The translations under genes were made by a program, and so were the position numbers. Below the pieces are notes generated by a model. The model saw nothing but the letters and a program-made list of their open reading frames with translations. It did no database searches and was not told the DNA's origin. From assembly GCA_017656185.1 (NCBI GenBank), contig JACDOK010000001.1, positions 205 to 64,204 on the forward strand: a stretch of DNA of 64,000 bases, given 5' to 3'. Shown here in pieces: positions 57,909 through 64,000 of this stretch (the stretch's first letter is position 1; every line of letters starts with the position of its first letter). This DNA is from Peptococcaceae bacterium (GTDB lineage Bacteria; Bacillota; Desulfotomaculia; Desulfotomaculales; JACDOK01).

Positions 57909-60512
57909 TCACTCCTTACTCCCTCTCAGCCGCTGCTGCCATTCATACATTTTATTTAGAGCCTCCAGAGGAGTTATACCGAGTAAGTCCGTATCTTTTA
58001 GCTCCTGCAGCAGGGCCTGCTCTTTCGAAGAACCAAACATCTCTAACTGCAGAAAGCGCCTTTTTAGGTTGTCCCGGGACGATGCACATTGACGCCCGCC
58101 GTTTTGCTCCAACTCCGTCAGAACTTCTTGCGCGCGCTGAATAATCTCCTCCGGCAGACCGGCCAAGCGGGCCACATGAATACCATAACTACGGTCAGAC
58201 TTGCCGGGTTCGACCCTCCGGAGGAAAATAATCTCCTCGCCCTCTTCCGCAACGGCCACGGTATAATTCTTAACACCCGGCAGAACGTCCAAAGAGGTAA
58301 GTTCATGGTAGTGGGTCGAAAAAAGCGTTTTGGCTCCAATATGGTCATGAAGATATTCAATTAAGGCCCGGGCGAGACTCATACCGTCATAAGTACTCGT
58401 CCCGCGTCCCACCTCGTCCATTATGACCAGGCTCTGTGGGGTAGCTTCCGTAACAATAACCCGGCACTCGTTCATCTCTACCATAAAAGTGCTCTGCCCC
58501 CCGGCCAAATCATCGGAGGCCCCGATACGGGTGAAAATGCGGTCCACTACCCCGATCTCCGCGCTGTCTGCCGGAACAAAACTTCCCATCTGCGCCATTA
58601 AAACGATCAGGGCCACTTGGCGCATGTAAGTGCTTTTGCCGGCCATATTGGGTCCCGTGATGATGGCCAGACGCGCTTCATCCCCGCCGATCGCCGTATC
58701 ATTGGGTACAAACTCCCCCGCCCCTAACATCTGCTCTACAACCGGATGACGCCCTTTGGTAATGGTAATAGAGTCATCCCGGTGTACCACGGGACGGACA
58801 TAACCGCCCTTGACGGCGGCCTGTGCCAGGGAAACCAAGGCATCCAAAACAGCCAGGGCCGCTGCCGTCTCCTGAAACAACGGCAGCTTTGCCAGCACTT
58901 TGCTGCGTACGTCCAGAAAGAGCTGGTATTCGAGATTAACCAGCTTTTCTTCCGCTCCTACAATGGCCTCTTCGTACTCTTTCAACCGGGGCGTAACAAA
59001 ACGTTCGGCATTTACCAAGGTCTGCCGCCGCTGGTAATCTTCCGGCACCAGGTGTAAATTGCTCTTGGTGACCTCAAGATAATACCCGAACACACGGTTA
59101 TAACCCACCTTAAGAGACTTGATACCGGTTCGCTCGCGTTCTTCCGCCTCAAGGTCCCGCAGCCATCCCTTGGCATCACGGCTGATGCGCCGCAGGCGGT
59201 CAACCTCGGCGTCAAAACCGGGCTTTATCAGCCCGCCGTCACGCACTGAAACCGGTGGATCATCTACGATGGCGTTGGCCAGCAAATCCTTTATCCCGGG
59301 TAGCGGGTCAATACGCTCATCCAACTCTTTCAGTAAATCCACCGGTGTATTACCAAGCAAAGTCTTTATTCCCGGTAGGACCTCGAGGGAAGCCTTAAGA
59401 GACAGCAAGTCTCTGGCGTTGGCCGAACCGTAGGCCACTTTCGCACCCAACCTCTCGATGTCATAAACCCTGTCCAAAAGGCGACGCGTTTCTTCGCGCA
59501 GCACAGTATTACGGCAAAATTCCTCCACCGCATCAAGCCGGCGGTCAATCTGGCCGGGGTCCAATAGCGGCTGCTCAATCCACTTCCGCAGCAGGCGCCC
59601 GCCCATGGCCGTGACGGTATGGTCAAGAACCTCCAGTAAAGTGCCTCGGCGTGTTCCGTCGCGCAAGGATTTGGTCAATTCTAAATTACGCCTGGTAGCG
59701 GTATCCAGGACCATAAACTCTCCGGGCGCGTATATATTGAAACGGCGCAGGTGCTGCAGCTGCCTTTTTTGCGTCCGCCCCAGGTACGACAGCAGCGCTC
59801 CAACGGCCCCCATCATAAGGTCGTGGGGTGGGAAACGTTTATCGGAGGTACTGTTGAAATACTTTTCTATCAATTCCCAAGCCCGCGCCGCACCATATTC
59901 TTCGTCAGGCAGGATGGTAACAGCCGTCCCCAGTTCTTCCGCCACCTGGACCAAACTGCTTTCCCGGCAGGACTCAGGCAGCAGCAATTCCGCCGGAGAG
60001 AGCCGGTGCAGCTCATCGTACAAGGAGGAGGAAGCTTTTTCCCCGGTAAACAAGGCTATGGCAATTTCCCCGGTCGTTATATCGCTGGTACATAAACCGA
60101 AACCCTGTTCTCCGGTACAGATGGCCGCCAGATAGTTGTTCTTTTTATCATCTAGCATGTGACCATCCATGACGGTCCCGGGTGTTACCACCCTTGTCAC
60201 TTCCCGGCGTACAACGCCCTTGGCTGACTTGGGATCTTCTACCTGATCACAGACGGCAACTTTGTACCCCTTTTCAATCAGGCGCGCAATATATGAGTCG
60301 GCAGCATGGCAAGGCACCCCGCACATAGGAATACGCCCTGCCTGCCCCCCATCACGCCCTGTAAGTGTGATTTCCAGGATACGAGAAGCCGTCTCGGCAT
60401 CATCAAAAAATAACTCGTAAAAATCACCCAAGTGGAAAAACAGCAAAGCATCCGGATACTGTTTTTTTATCGCCAGATACTGTTCTATCATCGGGGTGAA
60501 CTTTGGAGACAA
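57909..60512 (-). CDS. mutS: DNA mismatch repair protein MutS
   Basis: 867-aa ORF with TPMIEQYLAIK, Walker A GPNMAGKST and TFMVEM. Confidence 0.95.
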   Translation of the reverse strand: MSPKFTPMIEQYLAIKKQYPDALLFFHLGDFYELFFDDAETASRILEITLTGRDGGQAGRIPMCGVPCHAADSYIARLIEKGYKVAVCDQVEDPKSAKGVVRREVTRVVTPGTVMDGHMLDDKKNNYLAAICTGEQGFGLCTSDITTGEIAIALFTGEKASSSLYDELHRLSPAELLLPESCRESSLVQVAEELGTAVTILPDEEYGAARAWELIEKYFNSTSDKRFPPHDLMMGAVGALLSYLGRTQKRQLQHLRRFNIYAPGEFMVLDTATRRNLELTKSLRDGTRRGTLLEVLDHTVTAMGGRLLRKWIEQPLLDPGQIDRRLDAVEEFCRNTVLREETRRLLDRVYDIERLGAKVAYGSANARDLLSLKASLEVLPGIKTLLGNTPVDLLKELDERIDPLPGIKDLLANAIVDDPPVSVRDGGLIKPGFDAEVDRLRRISRDAKGWLRDLEAEERERTGIKSLKVGYNRVFGYYLEVTKSNLHLVPEDYQRRQTLVNAERFVTPRLKEYEEAIVGAEEKLVNLEYQLFLDVRSKVLAKLPLFQETAAALAVLDALVSLAQAAVKGGYVRPVVHRDDSITITKGRHPVVEQMLGAGEFVPNDTAIGGDEARLAIITGPNMAGKSTYMRQVALIVLMAQMGSFVPADSAEIGVVDRIFTRIGASDDLAGGQSTFMVEMNECRVIVTEATPQSLVIMDEVGRGTSTYDGMSLARALIEYLHDHIGAKTLFSTHYHELTSLDVLPGVKNYTVAVAEEGEEIIFLRRVEPGKSDRSYGIHVARLAGLPEEIIQRAQEVLTELEQNGGRQCASSRDNLKRRFLQLEMFGSSKEQALLQELKDTDLLGITPLEALNKMYEWQQRLRGSKE

Positions 60513-60571
60513 GGCACATCTCCCCTGAATGGATTTATATCATTTAATTATAACACGCCAAACCATTCCTC

Positions 60572-60604
60572 AAAAGGAAAACCCCGGAGCATATCCGCTC
60601 CAGG
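60572..60604 (-). terminator. Terminator after the ymcA-like gene
   Basis: Minus strand CCTGGAGC-GGATAT-GCTCCGG (one bulge) followed by GGTTTTCCTTTT. Confidence 0.55.
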
Positions 60605-60649
60605 GCTCCTACTACCTTAAGGATTACAACCTGTATCCCCACAGGAAGC

Positions 60650-61009
60650 TCACCCGCTCGGTGAACAACCGGCATTGCCCGTAATGGCCTGCTGTAATAT
60701 CTGATTGACCATGTTAATAGTCTGTTCAAACCGCTGCTTCGCCTGTAAAAATTCTCTGACTACGGGGTTGGCCATCATATTCTCGTGCGTGACCCTTAAC
60801 TCGGCCTTTTGCTCCTCAGTCGGCTGTTTTCCCTGGGCCTGGGCTATCTGTATATTGCGCTGCTTTTGTTGAAACTCGCGGATTAATTGCGTTGCTTCCT
60901 CGTTAGCCAGTACCGAAGCTTCAGCGGCGCGATAGTCCTTCAACTCCTGGGATTCGGCAATTTCCGCCCCCAATTCCCGGGCTTTTTGAATAATAGACAA
61001 CTGCTTCAC
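60650..61009 (-). CDS. ymcA: YlbF/YmcA family regulator (RicA-like)
   Basis: 119-aa helical protein immediately downstream of miaB, as ymcB-ymcA in Bacillus. It has a single Cys near the C-terminus. Confidence 0.75.
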   Translation of the reverse strand: MKQLSIIQKARELGAEIAESQELKDYRAAEASVLANEEATQLIREFQQKQRNIQIAQAQGKQPTEEQKAELRVTHENMMANPVVREFLQAKQRFEQTINMVNQILQQAITGNAGCSPSG

Positions 61010-61082
61010 CTCCTCCGTCAGGTCCCCGACACATTAGATCCATTGTAACTGACGAACCGCAACGATGCAACCGTAAGTCATG

Positions 61083-62411
61083 TTATCTTTTTTCTTCATC
61101 CTGTACCGGAACACCTTCTAAATGAGTAAGATGTCCCTTAACTATACGTACCTCGATAAGGTTGCCTACCTGGACATCGTCACCTTCAAAAACAACGGTC
61201 TTATTGGTACGGGTTCGCCCACAGAGCCGGGTCGGATTGTGTTCACTCGGGCCTTCCACTAGGATCTCGCGCACCTTACCTTCCTCAGCTTTGTTCTTTA
61301 AAAGGCTGATCTCTTTTTGCAGCGCGACCAGTTTTTGGATGCGTCGCGATTTGACATCTTCCGGCAATTGCTCCATTTTGGCCGCCGGTGTTCCTTTCCG
61401 CGGATTATATACAAAAGTAAACGCTTGGTCATACTCCACCCGCCGCACCAAATCAAGGGTATCGGCAAAGTCTTCTTCCGCTTCACCGGGAAAGCCAACC
61501 ATCAGGTCCGTGGTAATCGCAACCCCCGGTACGGCCTTACGGATCTTGGAAACTAAACTAAGATAATTCTCACGAGTATAACCACGCCCCATCGCCTTCA
61601 GTATCCGGTTCGATCCGGCCTGGGCCGGCAGGTGGACATGCTCGCATACCTTCCGCGCCGTAGCGATAACATCAATAAGTTTTTCGCTAAAATCTCTGGG
61701 GTGAGAGGTCATAAAACGAATACGCCAAAGTCCTTCAATGCCGTCCAACTCCTTTAACAGGTCAGCAAAATCTATATTTTCTTCCAGATCCTTACCGTAG
61801 GAATTGACGTTTTGCCCCAGTAAGGTAATCTCCCGGTAACCTTGGGAAGCAAGTTCCTGCACTTCGGCGATTATTTTCTCGGGACGCCGGCTGCGCTCTC
61901 TGCCACGAACGTAAGGGACAATACAGTAAGTACAGAAATTATTACAGCCATGAATGATGGGAACCCAAGCCTTTAGACCGCTTTGCCTGCGGACGGGTAT
62001 CTCCTCCGGAATCTCCCCCTCTTTCTCCCATACCTTGTTTACCTGCCGCCTTTCTTTTATAACCTGTTCGATAAGCCCCGGCAGTTCGTGCCGGTTATAA
62101 GTGCCGAATACGATATCCACGTGGGGAAAGCGGCGGCAAATATCGGTCGACGTTCCCGGCTGCTGGGGCAGGCATCCCGAAATCGCTAAAATACGCCCTT
62201 CCCTCTGGCGTTTCCATTTCTTCAGGCGGCCCAGCAAGCCCCATACCTTGTTTTCCGCCGTACCACGCACGCAGCAGGTGTTTAAGATCAGGATGCCGGC
62301 GTCATCCTGGTCCGCTGCCGGTTCATAACCCATGGACTCCAGGAGTCCCGCCATCATTTCACTGTCGTATTCATTCATCTGGCAGCCGAAAGTCTGGATA
62401 AAATACTTCAA
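61083..62411 (-). CDS. miaB: tRNA (N6-isopentenyl adenosine(37)-C2)-methylthiotransferase
   Basis: UPF0004 N-terminus (QTFGCQMN), radical-SAM CNNFCTYC and a TRAM C-terminus. Confidence 0.95.
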   Translation of the reverse strand: MKYFIQTFGCQMNEYDSEMMAGLLESMGYEPAADQDDAGILILNTCCVRGTAENKVWGLLGRLKKWKRQREGRILAISGCLPQQPGTSTDICRRFPHVDIVFGTYNRHELPGLIEQVIKERRQVNKVWEKEGEIPEEIPVRRQSGLKAWVPIIHGCNNFCTYCIVPYVRGRERSRRPEKIIAEVQELASQGYREITLLGQNVNSYGKDLEENIDFADLLKELDGIEGLWRIRFMTSHPRDFSEKLIDVIATARKVCEHVHLPAQAGSNRILKAMGRGYTRENYLSLVSKIRKAVPGVAITTDLMVGFPGEAEEDFADTLDLVRRVEYDQAFTFVYNPRKGTPAAKMEQLPEDVKSRRIQKLVALQKEISLLKNKAEEGKVREILVEGPSEHNPTRLCGRTRTNKTVVFEGDDVQVGNLIEVRIVKGHLTHLEGVPVQDEEKR

Positions 62412-62456
62412 AGCCTAAACACCCCGTAATCGCTTTAAAAATTTTATCTATTATTC

Positions 62457-62906
62457 TTATTCTTTTCCCCTTTCGGCTAAACCTTCAGCAATCACCGATT
62501 GCACGTGAGGCCTGCATCAAAGACCCGTAGGGTTCATAACGGCACAGGCCTTACCCGTGTTGGCCCCTGTGTGTCCCTGGATGTCTTCCAGACTCGAACA
62601 GCACTTCATTTCGGTCACGTGCTTCAAAATCTCCGCTTTACTCACGTTTTTGCAGTAACACACCGGAACGGAGGGGTCTTCTTCCTTATACCATACCCTG
62701 ACTTTTACGTCATCCCTGGTAAACCTCATGTCCTCTGTGTAGTACACCACTTTACAATCCGGCGTTCTACAAATGTAGAAGTCACCTGCAATACCTGATA
62801 GCTGTGAGGGATCTTTGACCAAATGTTTTACCGTTTTTAACGGCACCCGCTGTCCCGGCATGAAGCATTCAGGGCAAGAAGGAGAAAAATGCAGGTTTAT
62901 TTCCAT
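62457..62906 (-). CDS. Cys-rich Zn/[2Fe-2S] metallochaperone-like protein (CopZ N-domain-like); possible selenoprotein with UGA at 62517-62519
   Basis: CPEC...C..PDC...VCYCKNVSKAEIL...C.V.NPTGL-U-CRPHVQSVIAEGLAERGKE*. The frame stays open for 19 sense codons past the TGA, which is followed directly by TGC. Confidence 0.55.
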
Positions 62907-63098
62907 TCCGTATGATCCCTCCAAAACAAAGGCAGTCTAAAATACTGGTTCCTAATTGAAAAAGCAATTAATCTGGTACTTAGTTTAACGTTATCCAGCA
63001 TGATCTAAACTACGGAAAAGGATTCCCGCTGTACCGTCAAGAAGCAAGTACTTGTCTTAAATCAAAAATATTAATGAGAATGAGAAGGAGCACACTCT

Positions 63099-63872
63099 AT
63101 GCCCTACGTTTTATCGGGCAACTGCCAGGTTTATTATGAAGCAATAGGTAACGGTTTCCCACTGGTGTTAATTCACGGCTTGGGAACCAGCCACGAAATG
63201 TGGTACCCGCAGATTGACGCTTTTAAGGACCACTATCGTGTCATCACCCTTGACTGCCGCGGTCACGGCCAAAGCTGCAGCATTGATAAAGACCTTAAAC
63301 TTGAGGATTTCGCGCACGACCTCGCGGCCGTTCTCCGCAAGGAAGATATTGAAAAAGCCGCCGTATGCGGCATATCTTTCGGCGGCATTGTGGCCCAACA
63401 CTTTGCGCTGGAGTACCCGAACTTCTGCGCCGCCCTGATTCTTTGCGACACCTTCAGTGAAGTCAGTTTTATAGATTCCCTCGGGGCCAGGCTGCAGGTC
63501 CCGGCGCTGAAGTTTCTTTCCCGGGAAGGTCTCGCCCGTATGGTTGCCGCTGATTATAACCGCAAGGAATGGAAAGCGGCCCGCGAGCAACTCGTCAAAG
63601 AGGTTCTTAATTCACGTCCCAAAGAAGTGGCCCAAATCCGTGCCTTAATTAATAATGTCAATATTACACAGCGCCTTCAAGAAATCCGCTGCCCGACCCT
63701 GGTCCTGGTGGGCGACCGGTGGAAAACCCTGCAGAAGTATGCGCAAATTATCGTTGATGCCATCCACAGCAGCACCATGGCCGTCATTGATAAGGCCTGC
63801 GACCCCTCATCGCTGACCAATCCTCCCGCGTTTAACGCAAAGGTGGAAGCCTTCTTACAGAAACATATTTAG
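63099..63872 (+). CDS. Alpha/beta hydrolase fold protein
   Basis: 257-aa ORF with HGLG, the nucleophile elbow GISFGG and a C-terminal His region. Confidence 0.85.
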   Translation: MPYVLSGNCQVYYEAIGNGFPLVLIHGLGTSHEMWYPQIDAFKDHYRVITLDCRGHGQSCSIDKDLKLEDFAHDLAAVLRKEDIEKAAVCGISFGGIVAQHFALEYPNFCAALILCDTFSEVSFIDSLGARLQVPALKFLSREGLARMVAADYNRKEWKAAREQLVKEVLNSRPKEVAQIRALINNVNITQRLQEIRCPTLVLVGDRWKTLQKYAQIIVDAIHSSTMAVIDKACDPSSLTNPPAFNAKVEAFLQKHI

Positions 63873-63873
63873 G

Positions 63874-63926
63874 GCATTCCTAGTAAACAGTAAACAGGAA
63901 TGCAGGGGAGCCTTTGTAAGGCTCCC
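63874..63926 (+). terminator. Two consecutive hairpins after the hydrolase gene (no clear U-tract)
   Basis: GCATTCCT-(14 nt)-AGGAATGC and GGGAGCC-(7 nt)-GGCTCCC. Confidence 0.3.
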
Positions 63927-64000
63927 GCCAACCCCAGAAAATGCCTTATTTATTCCTAATCCCCAATTACCCTTTCCTTCATTCCTCCTCACTCCTCACC

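Noticed and set aside
60600-60652. TGA stop of the ymcA-like gene is followed in frame by ASCGDTGCNP* and a small hairpin. I considered a third selenocysteine site giving a C..U..C..C tail.
   Set aside because: Bacillus YmcA also ends a few residues after a single C-terminal Cys. The extension is only 10 codons, runs straight into the terminator region, and the hairpin is 5 bp. Without homologue alignments there is no positive evidence for read-through.

Overview
Gene-dense (roughly 90% coding, about 50% GC) chromosomal window from a spore-forming Firmicute. Gene content (spoVR/prkA/yhbH, an alpha/beta SASP, codY, a flx-hdr cluster, UGA-containing redox genes) suggests a Desulfotomaculum/Peptococcaceae-type anaerobe; this is inference only. 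Almost all genes are on the minus strand. Reading left to right in coordinates: rpmB (3' end), ribH-ribBA-ribE-ribD, moaA, an SPFH/NfeD pair, proS-ispG-rseP-dxr, an AI-2E/YtvI permease, cdsA-uppS, a small ferredoxin, frr-pyrH-tsf-rpsB, codY-hslU-hslV-xerC-trmFO-topA-dprA, a split NHEJ locus (LigD polymerase gene, then a SASP gene and a CGGC-domain gene, then LigD ligase and Ku), spoVR-pckA-yhbH-prkA, gatD-murT, flxABCD-hdrABC (transcribed hdrC to flxA), dinG, a C-N hydrolase, trxB, ynbB-like, hfq-miaA, an RsmJ-like methyltransferase, mutL-mutS, ymcA-miaB, a Cys-rich metallochaperone-like gene and an alpha/beta hydrolase. No rRNA, tRNA, CRISPR array, transposase or phage genes were seen. I did not find a convincing new gene system. 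The points most worth a second look are: (1) two in-frame UGA codons that look like selenocysteine (MvhD/FlxD, well supported; a CopZ-N-like protein, moderately supported); (2) a mosaic interspersed repeat family built on the 13-mer CTGAGTGCTGGGC, TGTGATAC-type tandem units and 11-bp palindromic repeats, filling three intergenic regions including the inside of the hslVU operon and a ~530-bp non-coding stretch (~740-bp intergenic gap); (3) a tandem 12-bp motif CCAAT(A/G)GAATAT just upstream of ribE and ku, with a single partial copy next to the ribD promoter; (4) gatD has no canonical start codon; (5) the rib operon leader has no FMN riboswitch that I can recognise. Coordinates of non-ORF features were counted by hand and may be off by 1-2 nt.
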